Shown: piece by piece, positions 10,326 through 19,979 of the stretch | Layout: the number at the start of each line of letters is the position of its first letter | Position numbering within the stretch: the first letter of the stretch is position 1 | From: Actinomycetes bacterium | Lineage (GTDB): Bacteria; Actinomycetota; Acidimicrobiia; Acidimicrobiales; Bog-793 | Assembly: GCA_021798275.1 (NCBI GenBank) | Contig: JAJZMK010000139.1 | Location: 12,408 to 76,407 of the forward strand | Reading direction: 5' to 3' | DNA: 64,000 nucleotides | The notes under the pieces: model-generated | Databases searched by the model: none | What the model was told of the DNA's origin: nothing | Seen by the model: the letters and a program-made list of their open reading frames with translations, nothing else | Program-made: the position numbers and the translations under genes

Positions 10326-10862
10326 GTGTATAGGAACTTTGTCTGCCATGCAAAGACCTGCGGGAATAAATTGCAGAGTTTTTTGGTTATCGCATTCATG
10401 TATACAATAGCAAAAGAGAGTAGCCGGTTTCTTGTTTCGTCTTCCAGAGAAATAGCGGCTCCCAGGCATATAATTTTTGAGATTCTGACGGATCCAACCA
10501 AACACCCTATTTTAGACGGCGAGACGACGGTAAAAAGTTTCATTTCCGGCGAACGGTTGCGACTGGGAACAAAATTCTCCATGTCAATGAAAATGTGGGC
10601 ACCGTACCACATAACCAATACTGTAGTCGAATATGAAGAAAACTCCCTCATCGCTTGGCGTCACTTTTTTGGCCACAGGTGGAGATACCGGCTGGAAGAG
10701 ATAGACGAACAGCATACGCTTGTCATAGAAACTTTTGATTACTCCACCGCCAAATCGCCGTTCGGTATCAAACTTATGGGGTTTCCCGAGAAGAACCTGG
10801 AAAACATCCGACGGACTTTAGAAAGACTGGCTGCACTCGCGGAGAACTCGGTCTCCCAATAA
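10326..10862 (+). CDS. SRPBCC (START/polyketide-cyclase-like) family protein
   Basis: SREIAAPRHIIFEILTDPTKHPILDG resembles the SRPBCC N-terminus. Start uncertain (an internal Met near 10398 is possible). Confidence 0.55.
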   Translation: MYRNFVCHAKTCGNKLQSFLVIAFMYTIAKESSRFLVSSSREIAAPRHIIFEILTDPTKHPILDGETTVKSFISGERLRLGTKFSMSMKMWAPYHITNTVVEYEENSLIAWRHFFGHRWRYRLEEIDEQHTLVIETFDYSTAKSPFGIKLMGFPEKNLENIRRTLERLAALAENSVSQ

Positions 10863-10991
10863 AAGTCTTGGGCGAATCAAATCGGATGCAAAAAATTATT
10901 TGCGCCCAAAACAATTAAAGTTCCTTTTCGGACTCTATACTCATATTGTTGGGTGTAACACCACGCAATTTATGATTGATAAACGGATGCC

Positions 10992-11816
10992 ATGCCCGAA
11001 ACAACGGAGTTTACCCTTAAAAAAAGCAAGCGGGCCAAACATATACGCCTCACCATAAGCAGCACCGGTCAATTGGTAATAGTCGTACCCTACACGTTTA
11101 ATTTGGATTATCTGCCGACAATTTTGGAAAGAAAAAAGTCCTGGATCGAAAAATCCTTGCGTGACTTCCGGCAACAGGACAGAGAGGCTTTATCCGGCCG
11201 GACAATCCCGGAAACCATAGAACTAAAGGCAATCGATACCGTGATCCGGGTAGAAATAGCGGAGACCGCAGATCCTTTTTTGTCATATTTAGAGACCCAA
11301 AACCGCCTTTTCCCGCTAACCGCAAAACCTCAAGACAGCTCCTCTTCGCCTCACGGCCGGCCGGCCACCGGACATAAAATAAAAGTCAAAGAATTGCCGG
11401 ACAATATCTTATTAATTACCGCATCGGATACTGCCTCGGAAGAGATCTTGGCAAAAATCAACTCCTGGCTGGCCGCAAAAGCCAGACACATATTGGTTCC
11501 CTGGCTGCTTGCCTTGGCTGACGAACGAGGTATCGACGTAAAATCTGTTTCCATTCGCTCGCAACAGACACGGTGGGGAAGTTGCAGTACTTCTGGTAGA
11601 ATTAGTCTAAATAAAACTCTGTTATTTTTACCTCCTGTATTGGTAAATCATATTATGTTACATGAATTATGTCATTTAAAAGAAATGAATCACTCAAAAC
11701 GGTTTTGGGATTTGCTGGAGCAGGAAGACAAAAATACGCAGCTGGCAAAATCTCAATTAAAAAAGGGGTGGCAACTCGTACCTTACTGGGCCATAGGCAG
11801 TCCTTATGGCGGGTAG
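10992..11816 (+). CDS. DUF45/YgjP-like zinc metallohydrolase (M48 superfamily)
   Basis: RWGSCSTSGRISLN followed by HELCHLKEMNHSKRFW (HExxH + H), the DUF45 signature. Confidence 0.8.
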   Translation: MPETTEFTLKKSKRAKHIRLTISSTGQLVIVVPYTFNLDYLPTILERKKSWIEKSLRDFRQQDREALSGRTIPETIELKAIDTVIRVEIAETADPFLSYLETQNRLFPLTAKPQDSSSSPHGRPATGHKIKVKELPDNILLITASDTASEEILAKINSWLAAKARHILVPWLLALADERGIDVKSVSIRSQQTRWGSCSTSGRISLNKTLLFLPPVLVNHIMLHELCHLKEMNHSKRFWDLLEQEDKNTQLAKSQLKKGWQLVPYWAIGSPYGG

Positions 11817-11937
11817 ACTTTTTTGCCTATTTTTGAGATGTTATTAATGCTATCGTATGACATTGCTTATATTTACCGGCCCGACCGCCGAAAAGCCCCA
11901 CTTTTTATTATCATAGATAGCGCCATGGAGAAACCAA

Positions 11938-12633
11938 ATGACTGACAGTAACGCATCCGGTCACAGCGAGTCCGACTTCGGTTTTTTAAGCAATGCAGCC
12001 GTTGAATCACCGACCCTTGGCGACGAGCCGCTTGTTCGGCAGAGCACTCCGGAAAACACCCGGTCAAACAAAAGGTCGGCCCCCGCAAAAAAGCAAAAGC
12101 GCCTCAAAAGATTGCTGACGGAATGGGTAATAGTTATTTTCGTGGCAGCCACAGTTGCTTTTTTGACCAGGACTTTTGTGCTGCAGACGTTTTTTATACC
12201 ATCCGGGTCAATGACACCGACTTTACAGGTCGGGGACCGTATTTTGGTCAACAAAATTTACGGGACCATCCATACGGGCGACATAGTGGTTTTCAGAAGA
12301 GCCTCAGGCGACCCTCAGGTACAGTATCAGGACTTGGTGAAAAGAGTGATCGGTTTGCCGGGACAAAAAGTAATCTGGGATGGGAATAACATATTGATCA
12401 ACGGAAAGCCGTTGCCTCAGCCGTGGCTGCCCACCCTGACCGGCATATGCGCCACCGTTCCCCATACTTCGGGATCTCTTGTGGTTCCCAAAAACGAATA
12501 TTTCGTCATGGGCGACTGCCGGGGCGACTCTTACGATTCCCGTTACTGGGGGCCGGTTCCAAAGTCCCATATCGTAGGTAAAGTGGTTGCCATAATTTGG
12601 CGACACGGCTCTCCTTATTTTCACTGGTTTTAA
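11938..12633 (+). CDS. lepB: signal peptidase I
   Basis: N-terminal TM; SGSMTPTL (catalytic Ser); GDRILVNK (Lys); GDCRGDSYDSRYWGPV box E. Confidence 0.92.
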   Translation: MTDSNASGHSESDFGFLSNAAVESPTLGDEPLVRQSTPENTRSNKRSAPAKKQKRLKRLLTEWVIVIFVAATVAFLTRTFVLQTFFIPSGSMTPTLQVGDRILVNKIYGTIHTGDIVVFRRASGDPQVQYQDLVKRVIGLPGQKVIWDGNNILINGKPLPQPWLPTLTGICATVPHTSGSLVVPKNEYFVMGDCRGDSYDSRYWGPVPKSHIVGKVVAIIWRHGSPYFHWF

Positions 12634-12699
12634 GATTTTTTATTGCCTGCAATTGCAAAATCTGTAAAAAATGGCAAACTTGTATCAGGGAAGGAGAAA

Positions 12700-14010
12700 A
12701 TGATGCCCAGAAGTACATCACAGTACAGAACCTCCGGCAGCTTACTCAAAATATTCTCGGCGATCATTGTACTCGGAGCTGCAGGTTTTATAGCCGTTGC
12801 CGTACTGACCAAACACGGCTCATCCGCGGCAAGTAAGCAGTCGGGAACAGCGACAACGTCAAGCGGCGGCCTCATAACGGCAACCACATTACCCCGCACG
12901 AGACATCATGCCGGCGGCAAAAGTGTCGGCAAAAATCACAACGGCTCTAAAAGCGGAACGCCGAAGAGTAAAAAAGTACTCTCCCAAAAGGGAAGCTCTC
13001 CAAAAGTGACCGGTAACAAATTGTACGTTTTGTCAGCCAACCCCACAGCCGGTTCCGTCGGTGTCAACCCATTGGCACCCATTGAAATCACTTTTTCACA
13101 GCCCCTCTCGCCCGCCTCGGGAACTCCTACCGTTACACCGGCAACGGCCGGCTCTTGGAAAATCAACGGCAACAAAGCTGTCTTTACCCCCACCGTACCG
13201 TTTATACCTTTAAGCGACATCACGGTATCCGTCAAAAACGGCCTGACCCCCATTCTGTCCTCGACGGGAAACAGTCTTTCGTCCAACTTTACTCTTTCCT
13301 TTAAAATCAAAACAGGTTCCGTCATGCGCATACAGGAGTTATTGTCGCTTCTCCGCTATTCCCCGTTGTCTTTTGCCTACAACGGTACCCCCGTAAACCC
13401 GACGGACGAAACCGCTCAAATAAAAGCTTTCTACAATCCCCCGGCAGGGAAATTTACGTGGAACCAGACCACGTGGCCGTCCGAACTCATGCAATTGTGG
13501 CAACCGGACAATTATAACGTCATGACCAGAGGTTTGGTAATGGAGTTTCAAGCCGATCACAGTTTATTGGTAAACGGAAAGTTGACTGCCGGCCTCTTCA
13601 ACGACCTTCTCCAGGCCATGATCAATAACGATGTTAATACCGGGGGCTATAACTACGCTTTGGTAAATAAAACTCCTCCGGAAAATCTTACCGTTTACCA
13701 CAACGGAAAAGCCGTAATCACCACTCAAGCCAATACCGGCATAGCGGCCGATCCCACTATCGACGGCACGTATCCGGTATTTGCCAAGTACAGATACCAG
13801 GTTATGCACGGTACAAATCCCAATGGATCACATTACTCCGACCCGGTCCAATTCGTTTCCTATTTCGACGGGGGAGAAGCCGTGCATTACATGCCGCGGG
13901 CATATTACGGAATTCCGCAAAGCTTGGGCTGCGTGGAATTGCCGTTTTCTACGGCGTCACAGGTTTGGCCGTGGCTTGCCTACGGAACACTGGTGACCAT
14001 TATCAACTGA
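12700..14010 (+). CDS. L,D-transpeptidase family protein with N-terminal TM anchor and Ig-like domain
   Basis: AAGGAG at 12691-12696 precedes ATG 12700/12703. TM helix LLKIFSAIIVLGAAGFIAVAVL, then an S/T/G/K-rich linker. The C-terminal YkuD-like motif reads HYSDPV...HYMPRAYYGIPQSLGCVELP. Confidence 0.7.
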   Translation: MMPRSTSQYRTSGSLLKIFSAIIVLGAAGFIAVAVLTKHGSSAASKQSGTATTSSGGLITATTLPRTRHHAGGKSVGKNHNGSKSGTPKSKKVLSQKGSSPKVTGNKLYVLSANPTAGSVGVNPLAPIEITFSQPLSPASGTPTVTPATAGSWKINGNKAVFTPTVPFIPLSDITVSVKNGLTPILSSTGNSLSSNFTLSFKIKTGSVMRIQELLSLLRYSPLSFAYNGTPVNPTDETAQIKAFYNPPAGKFTWNQTTWPSELMQLWQPDNYNVMTRGLVMEFQADHSLLVNGKLTAGLFNDLLQAMINNDVNTGGYNYALVNKTPPENLTVYHNGKAVITTQANTGIAADPTIDGTYPVFAKYRYQVMHGTNPNGSHYSDPVQFVSYFDGGEAVHYMPRAYYGIPQSLGCVELPFSTASQVWPWLAYGTLVTIIN

Positions 14011-14023
14011 CTCTGCGTCAAAA

Positions 14024-15400
14024 TTATATTTTCGCTATATTGCCAAACCGCGCATGGTTGGGAGCGAAGGAAAGCTCCACGACACCCGTCGGGCCGTTTC
14101 TGTGTTTGGCTATGATAACCTCCGCCGTGCCTTTATCGACCGAGTCGGCATGATACACTTCATCGCGATAGATAAACATCACGACATCGGCATCCTGCTC
14201 GATTGCGCCGGATTCCCTCAGGTCGGACAACATGGGACGTTTGTCGGTTCTCGCTTCCAAGTTTCTTGAAAGCTGACTCAAAGCCACTACCGGAATATTT
14301 AGCTCACGGGCCAATATCTTCAAGCCTCTGCTGATCTCGGATATTTCCACTTGCCTGTTTTCTGCGTTATTTCTCCCCGTCATCAACTGCAGGTAGTCGA
14401 CTATCACCAGCGAAAGATCCGTCCTTGATTTGATTCTTCTGGCCTTTGCCCTGATATCCATTATCGTCACATTGGGGTTGTCGTCTATATACAGCGGGGC
14501 GTCGCTCAAGCGTCCTATCGCCTGATTAATTTTTCCGAAATCGTCTTGCGTTAAACGCCCGCTTCGCATTCGGCCCGCATCAACCCTTGCTTCGGCGGCC
14601 AGCACTCTCTGTGCTATTTCCAAATGACTCATTTCCAGCGAAAAAAACAAAACCTTTTCGCCGTGTATGGCTGCATGGGCGGCTATGCCGAGCGCAAAAG
14701 CCGTTTTGCCCATAGAGGGCCTCGCTCCGACAACAACCAAGTTGGAGGACTGTAAACCGGCCAAATGCTCATCCAAATCGACATAACCGCTCGGTATGCC
14801 GGTAATGCCTTCGGTCCTGCCGGCCAATTCTTCCAGCCTGTCCAAACTGCGGCTCAGCAGTTCGTTTAAGTCGACTATCGTATCCGTTGAACGCCTCTCG
14901 GCCACGTTAAAAACCAACGATTCGGCTTTGTCAAGCGCTTCCGTCACGTCGGTGGGCAGGCTGTAGCCTATATCGGCAATTTCATTGGCCACGCCTATAA
15001 GCTTCCGCAACAAAGCGTTCTCTTCTACAATTTTGGCGTAATAAGGTGCCGAAGAAATGGCCGGCACCGCCGCCTGTAAGGAGATGACCTCGGCTTGTCC
15101 TCCGGCTTCTTCCAATAAATTATTGCGCCGCAACTCTTCCGCAACCGTTATGGCGTCAGCCGGATCTCCTTTGGCATAAAGGGATGTGATGGCTTCAAAA
15201 ACAAGTTTGTGAGAAGGCTTGTAGAAATCGGATGCGCCACACATTTCCAATGCGGCCGCCGTTGCGTCCCTCGACAACAGCATTGCCCCCAGAAGAGACT
15301 CTTCCGCATCCAAGTTATACGGCGGAATCCTTGGCGCAGCAGGATCGGATTTTCCCATGTCATCGGATCTCATTGGAGATTCCTTATATGATTGAGGCAT
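14024..15400 (-). CDS. dnaB: replicative DNA helicase
   Basis: PPYNLDAEESLLGAMLL at the N-terminus, Walker A GARPSMGKTAF, Walker B VIVDYLQLM. Confidence 0.96.
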   Translation of the reverse strand: MPQSYKESPMRSDDMGKSDPAAPRIPPYNLDAEESLLGAMLLSRDATAAALEMCGASDFYKPSHKLVFEAITSLYAKGDPADAITVAEELRRNNLLEEAGGQAEVISLQAAVPAISSAPYYAKIVEENALLRKLIGVANEIADIGYSLPTDVTEALDKAESLVFNVAERRSTDTIVDLNELLSRSLDRLEELAGRTEGITGIPSGYVDLDEHLAGLQSSNLVVVGARPSMGKTAFALGIAAHAAIHGEKVLFFSLEMSHLEIAQRVLAAEARVDAGRMRSGRLTQDDFGKINQAIGRLSDAPLYIDDNPNVTIMDIRAKARRIKSRTDLSLVIVDYLQLMTGRNNAENRQVEISEISRGLKILARELNIPVVALSQLSRNLEARTDKRPMLSDLRESGAIEQDADVVMFIYRDEVYHADSVDKGTAEVIIAKHRNGPTGVVELSFAPNHARFGNIAKI

Positions 15401-15412
15401 AGAGATAATCTT

Positions 15413-15452
15413 ATAGGCCTTTGGGCTTCCGAAAATGGGTTCAAAGGCCTAT
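15413..15452. other. perfect 11-bp inverted repeat (ATAGGCCTTTG / CAAAGGCCTAT, 18-nt spacer) between rplI and dnaB
   Basis: Read directly from the sequence. It sits in the 146-bp rplI-dnaB spacer and has no flanking U-tract on either strand. Confidence 0.5.
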
Positions 15453-15546
15453 TAATTATTCCCCGTACGAAGAACCGGAGTTCTTTGCCTATAAAGTGAA
15501 CAGAGGAGCCTCTTTGCTCTATAAATTTTATGACAGGAACAAAACT

Positions 15547-15993
15547 TTATTCCGACTCCACGTTGACCGTAATCGGGAATTCCACGTCTGTGTGGAGACG
15601 TACCGTTATCCGATGTGTCCCCAACGACTTGATCGGCTCCGAAGGGAGCACTTTATGCCTGTCGATGTCTATGCCTGTCTGCTGTAAAACAGCCTGCAGG
15701 ATATCGTGGTGCGTAACCGATCCGAACAAACGCCCTTCCGTACCGGAACGCGCCTGTATCGCGATTATTTTCGGCACCAATTGCTGGGCAACGACTTCCG
15801 CCGCTTCCCTGTCTTTGTGATCCTTCAAATCCCTGCTTTTCCGCATGGCGGCTGCCTGTGCGGTAATGCCTGCGGTGGCCTTTAAAGCGGTCTTATGAGG
15901 CAACAAATAATTTCTGGCATATCCGTCGGGAACATCCACGATATCCCCGCGCTTGCCGATACCCGACATGTCTTTACGCAAAACTACTTTCAT
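15547..15993 (-). CDS. rplI: 50S ribosomal protein L9
   Basis: [32 protein letters not shown] is the canonical L9 N-terminus. Confidence 0.95.
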   Translation of the reverse strand: MKVVLRKDMSGIGKRGDIVDVPDGYARNYLLPHKTALKATAGITAQAAAMRKSRDLKDHKDREAAEVVAQQLVPKIIAIQARSGTEGRLFGSVTHHDILQAVLQQTGIDIDRHKVLPSEPIKSLGTHRITVRLHTDVEFPITVNVESE

Positions 15994-16415
15994 TCTTCAT
16001 CACCCGCGGAATCAGCTTCGGCCGTAACCAAAGTCAACAACTCTTCCATTTCTCCTTCGGCTTCTTCATTTTCTGCCGGAGCCCATCTGTCAACGTTTTC
16101 TTCTCTCGAAGGCCTGTTGCCGGAACGTTCGTTGGTCGTTCGCTGCGTATAAGGCAGCAGGGCCAACTCCCTGGAAAGCTTGATCGCCATTGCCACGTCG
16201 CGTTGGTGCTGGGTACAGTTTCCCGAAACGCGCCTGGAACGTATTTTCCCTCTGTCTGATATAAACTTGCGCAACACATTAACCGCTTTGTAGTCTATGT
16301 GGTTGATGTCCCCCCGGCAGAAGGCACAAACCTTTTTGCGGATTTTACGGGTACTTTCTTTTGGTGCCCGCTTCGTAGCCGTACTGCTACGGTCTCTGTC
16401 ATTATTTCTTGCCAC
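15990..16415 (-). CDS. rpsR: 30S ribosomal protein S18 with long acidic C-terminal extension
   Basis: Core sequence [51 protein letters not shown] tail of about 51 aa follows. Its stop overlaps the rplI start (ATGA). Confidence 0.9.
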   Translation of the reverse strand: MARNNDRDRSSTATKRAPKESTRKIRKKVCAFCRGDINHIDYKAVNVLRKFISDRGKIRSRRVSGNCTQHQRDVAMAIKLSRELALLPYTQRTTNERSGNRPSREENVDRWAPAENEEAEGEMEELLTLVTAEADSAGDEE

Positions 16416-16417
16416 TT

Positions 16418-16882
16418 TTAAAACGGCTCCTCTTCTTCAGTGTAAGGCGGGGGTTCGGACTCAGGCCTGTACTTACTTTCCGCTTGTCCGGCGGAGGCAT
16501 AGTCCCCTCCCGTACCCCTTCTTTCATTTCTAACAATTTGGCAGGTTGCCCAACGTAAACTCGGTCCGAGTTCATCGGCTATAACCTCCACCCTTGATCG
16601 CTTTTCTCCCTCGGGTGTCTCCCAGCTGCGCTGCTCAAGTCTGCCTGTCACAATCACTCGCGCACCCCTGGAAAGTGTTTCGCTGACGTTTTCCGCCATT
16701 TCACGCCAGCAAACAATGTCGAAAAAAGACGCTGCTTCTTCCCACTCCTGTGTCTGGCGGTTTTGCCAACGTCTGTTGACCGCCAAACCAAAGGTTGCCG
16801 TAGCCTGACCGTTTGGGGTAAATCTAAGTTCCGGATCCCTCGTAACGTTACCGACCAAAACAACAGTGTTACCGTTTGTCAT
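16418..16882 (-). CDS. ssb: single-stranded DNA-binding protein
   Basis: [32 protein letters not shown] fold. The C-terminal tip is acidic (EEEEPF). Confidence 0.95.
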   Translation of the reverse strand: MTNGNTVVLVGNVTRDPELRFTPNGQATATFGLAVNRRWQNRQTQEWEEAASFFDIVCWREMAENVSETLSRGARVIVTGRLEQRSWETPEGEKRSRVEVIADELGPSLRWATCQIVRNERRGTGGDYASAGQAESKYRPESEPPPYTEEEEPF

Positions 16883-16910
16883 TGCAACCCCTTTGCTTTC
16901 TTATGTTTGT

Positions 16911-17255
16911 TTAGCTGTTGGACGTTTCCGGGGCTTTTTTACCCCTGGCTTTAGTCTGTAAGCTTTTGTTTTCCGGCTGTTTTACTATTCTGTGACGAAT
17001 AACCGCATCGGAAAGACCGAGCATTCTGTCTACTTCCGCTACCAATGGCGGGTCAGCCGTAAACTCGATGAAAACGTAAACACCTTCTGTTTGGTGGTTG
17101 ATTTCGTAAGCGAACTGCTTGCGTCCCCAAGTATCGATGTGGCCTGTCGTGCCACCTTTTTCTTTTATCAGTTCTGAGATACGATCAATGAAGGCTTTTA
17201 CTTCATCCTCGCTTAACGATACGTTAAAAATAGTTGCAATTTCGTAAGGCCGCAC
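16911..17255 (-). CDS. rpsF: 30S ribosomal protein S6
   Basis: The GTG start at 17255 gives VRPYEIATIF, the usual S6 N-terminus. It is preceded by AGAGGAGGAA. The ORF-track ATG at 17285 lies inside this RBS. Confidence 0.9.
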   Translation of the reverse strand: MRPYEIATIFNVSLSEDEVKAFIDRISELIKEKGGTTGHIDTWGRKQFAYEINHQTEGVYVFIEFTADPPLVAEVDRMLGLSDAVIRHRIVKQPENKSLQTKARGKKAPETSNS

Positions 17256-17443
17256 TGGGCATTCCTCCTCTGGACCCTTAAACATTTAAGGGACCCCTTT
17301 TTATCGGGGCAGGTTAAACTTTAGGGACATTATAGCTTGAATTTATGTTGGCTGACTAAAAACATACAAAAACGTACACGTAATATTTAGCAGGAATTTA
17401 TAGGTTCTGCATACCGTTTAACAATACGACTGAGACGATGCCC

Positions 17444-17875
17444 TCAAGATTTACGGGGCAGTCTCTTTTTATGTTTCAACGCGGCGCCTTCAAAAGTTCG
17501 CATGAGGAAATTCCAATTACAGCAGGTGCAGACTTCGACTTCATAAAAACTTGCATCGGGCCTTTTGTTCATCATGGACAACAGCTCAAAACCGGGAGCC
17601 AAGGGTTTACCGTTGCGGGGCAGCTGTGAGCCGAATACAAAGTAGACCAAAACCAACGTAGCATCCTTGCAAATAGGGCAACCGTCGTCCGTCGCCTGTC
17701 CTATATTGCTTGCCACTCTCAATAACTCCGGCTGAGCGTCACAGATATCGGCCTGAGCCACCCTCCCTTTTTCAAAGTCGCGTATCAGAATTTCTCTGGT
17801 CAACCTGTATTCGATCCAGGAAGCATTCGCGGCCGCTGCTTTGTCCGTAAATGACTTGCCGGATGCTTTTTCCAT
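17444..17875 (-). CDS. DUF5318-like Cys-rich protein (Rv0049-like position)
   Basis: 143 aa with CPICK and CTCC pairs. It sits between rpsF and PadR/ino1, as in other Actinomycetota. The family call rests on recollection and synteny. Confidence 0.55.
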   Translation of the reverse strand: MEKASGKSFTDKAAAANASWIEYRLTREILIRDFEKGRVAQADICDAQPELLRVASNIGQATDDGCPICKDATLVLVYFVFGSQLPRNGKPLAPGFELLSMMNKRPDASFYEVEVCTCCNWNFLMRTFEGAALKHKKRLPRKS

Positions 17876-18028
17876 ATCTAAAAAGGGTACCTGAGATTTT
17901 GCCTAAAACGGTCATCATCAAATAAAAATCTTGGAAACCTTGTCCGTCGGCAAAATCCGCAATCCGGGGTTTATTAATTTAATTTTTAGATATATCGATA
18001 CGATATGTTGTCAAGACAGAATTTACGC

Positions 18029-18034
18029 TATACT
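18029..18034 (+). promoter_or_regulatory. candidate -10 box (TATACT) for a leaderless PadR transcript
   Basis: TATACT ends 7 nt before ATG 18042. TTGTCA at 18008-18013 is a possible -35 box, though the 15-nt spacer is short. Confidence 0.3.
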
Positions 18035-18041
18035 GGTCACC

Positions 18042-18809
18042 ATGATCGAGCTTGCCATACTTGGACTCCTGAAAGAAGGACCCATGCACGGTTATGATCT
18101 GAGAAAGCGTTTAAAAAATGACTTCGGGCCTCTGGCAAATATCTCCTACGGCTCTTTATACCCTGCCCTGGAAAGGCTGGAAAAAGCCGGTGCCATTACC
18201 CAGGTCGGACGTACCGGTCAAAATATAACGGCTCCGGTTTTCACAACCGGATCTTTGGAAGGCGAAAGAGCTTCCTTTATGGCAAAAAGGGCCACGGCTA
18301 AAGCCGTAGCCGCCATCAGCGGTCACAGCACGAGGGCAAAAAAGGTCTTCACCATAACGGAAAAGGGTGACTTATTGTTCGAAGAGTTGCTCGAGGATCC
18401 GGTCAGCCGTGACGATCCGAGGGGATTTAATTTGCGTTTGGGATTTGCCAAACACCTGAGTCCGACCGCCCGAATCAGAATGCTTGAACGCAGACGCCTG
18501 CAATTGATAGACAGGTTTGAAACCAGCAAGAAGAGCCTGGGCCAACCCCATCGCTTATTGGACGAATACGAACTTGCCATCGCAAAACACTCTTTGGAAA
18601 TTGTGGCATTGGATCTTCAGTGGGTTGAATCTCTGCTGGAAAAAGAAAACCTGCGGAATACCTCAAATTCGAACCCGGTCGGCAAAAGCAACACCGCTCC
18701 CGGTGAAACCGCACCTATTGAAGATATCCGAGCCGCCGACAAAGTTGTCAGTGTAAAAAAAGTAAATCAAGAAGCATCTTTTCACCCGCAGGTAGAAACA
18801 CCTGTTTAA
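18042..18809 (+). CDS. PadR-family transcriptional regulator
   Basis: [24 protein letters not shown]...[15 protein letters not shown] is the PadR winged-helix signature. The internal ATG at 18042 is in frame with the 17931 ORF. Confidence 0.85.
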   Translation: MIELAILGLLKEGPMHGYDLRKRLKNDFGPLANISYGSLYPALERLEKAGAITQVGRTGQNITAPVFTTGSLEGERASFMAKRATAKAVAAISGHSTRAKKVFTITEKGDLLFEELLEDPVSRDDPRGFNLRLGFAKHLSPTARIRMLERRRLQLIDRFETSKKSLGQPHRLLDEYELAIAKHSLEIVALDLQWVESLLEKENLRNTSNSNPVGKSNTAPGETAPIEDIRAADKVVSVKKVNQEASFHPQVETPV

Positions 18810-18831
18810 AGGAGCACCAAGAAAGGAAAGC

Positions 18832-19917
18832 ATGGAAACAAACCAGAAAAAAATAAAGGTTGCGATAGCCGGTGTCGGAAACTGCGCCAGCGCACTCATC
18901 CAGGGGGTTCACTACTACCAGAACGCCAACGCCGACGAGCAAGTACCGGGTCTTATGAATGTGGTATTGGGCAATTACCACGTCTCCGACATTGAATTCG
19001 TCGCCGCTTTTGATGTCGATTCGACAAAAGTAGGCGTGGATCTCTCGAAAGCCATCTCTGCCGGTGAAAACAACACTATTCGCTTCAGTGACGTACCGGA
19101 ACTGTCGGTGGACGTCAAGAGGGGACCCACCCTGGACGGTTTGGGCAAGTACTACTCACAAACGATTGAGGAGTCTCCGGTGGAGCCCGTCGATGTGGCC
19201 GAAGTTTTGCGAGAAACACAGGCGGACGTATTGGTGGCATACCTGCCCGTCGGTTCCGAAAACGCACAAAAGTATTACGCCCAGGCTGCCTTGGACGCAA
19301 AAGTTGCTTTTGTAAATGCGATACCGGTGTTTATAGCAAGCGACCCGGTTTGGGCAAAGAAATTTACCGACGCCAATGTCCCGATCATAGGGGACGACAT
19401 CAAAAGCCAAGTGGGTGCCACTATCCTTCACAGAATTTTGGCAAGACTCTTTGAAGACCGCGGTACGGTGCTGGACCGCACTTACCAGCTGAACGTGGGC
19501 GGCAATATGGACTTCATGAATATGCTGGAAAGAGAGCGTTTGGAGTCCAAGAAAATATCCAAGACTCAGGCCGTCACCAGCCAGGTGGATCACGAACTGA
19601 AAGCCAAAGATGTTCACATCGGTCCTTCGGATCACGTGCCTTGGCTGGAAGACAGAAAATGGGCTTACATCAGAATGGAGGGACGCAACTTCGGCGACGT
19701 GCCTCTGAATGTGGAAGTCAAGCTCGAAGTATGGGACTCTCCGAACTCAGCCGGAGTTATTATAGATGCCGTACGCTGCGCAAAAATAGCTTTGGACAGA
19801 AAAATAGGCGGTCCGCTCACCGGCCCTTCCGCTTATTTTATGAAATCTCCGCCCGTACAGTACCACGACGACATAGCGAGACAAATGGTTCAGGATTTCG
19901 CCAACGGCACAGACTGA
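18832..19917 (+). CDS. ino1: inositol-3-phosphate synthase (myo-inositol-1-phosphate synthase)
   Basis: [21 protein letters not shown] and the overall length (361 aa) match actinobacterial Ino1. Confidence 0.9.
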   Translation: METNQKKIKVAIAGVGNCASALIQGVHYYQNANADEQVPGLMNVVLGNYHVSDIEFVAAFDVDSTKVGVDLSKAISAGENNTIRFSDVPELSVDVKRGPTLDGLGKYYSQTIEESPVEPVDVAEVLRETQADVLVAYLPVGSENAQKYYAQAALDAKVAFVNAIPVFIASDPVWAKKFTDANVPIIGDDIKSQVGATILHRILARLFEDRGTVLDRTYQLNVGGNMDFMNMLERERLESKKISKTQAVTSQVDHELKAKDVHIGPSDHVPWLEDRKWAYIRMEGRNFGDVPLNVEVKLEVWDSPNSAGVIIDAVRCAKIALDRKIGGPLTGPSAYFMKSPPVQYHDDIARQMVQDFANGTD

Positions 19918-19930
19918 ATTGCCGTAACGG

Positions 19931-19971
19931 CGGGGCGGGAACACTGATAAAGGTTCCCGCCCCGTTTTTTT
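19931..19971 (+). terminator. Rho-independent terminator of ino1
   Basis: Perfect 12-bp stem CGGGGCGGGAAC / GTTCCCGCCCCG with a 10-nt loop, followed by T7. Confidence 0.85.
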
Positions 19972-19979
19972 GAAACCGT

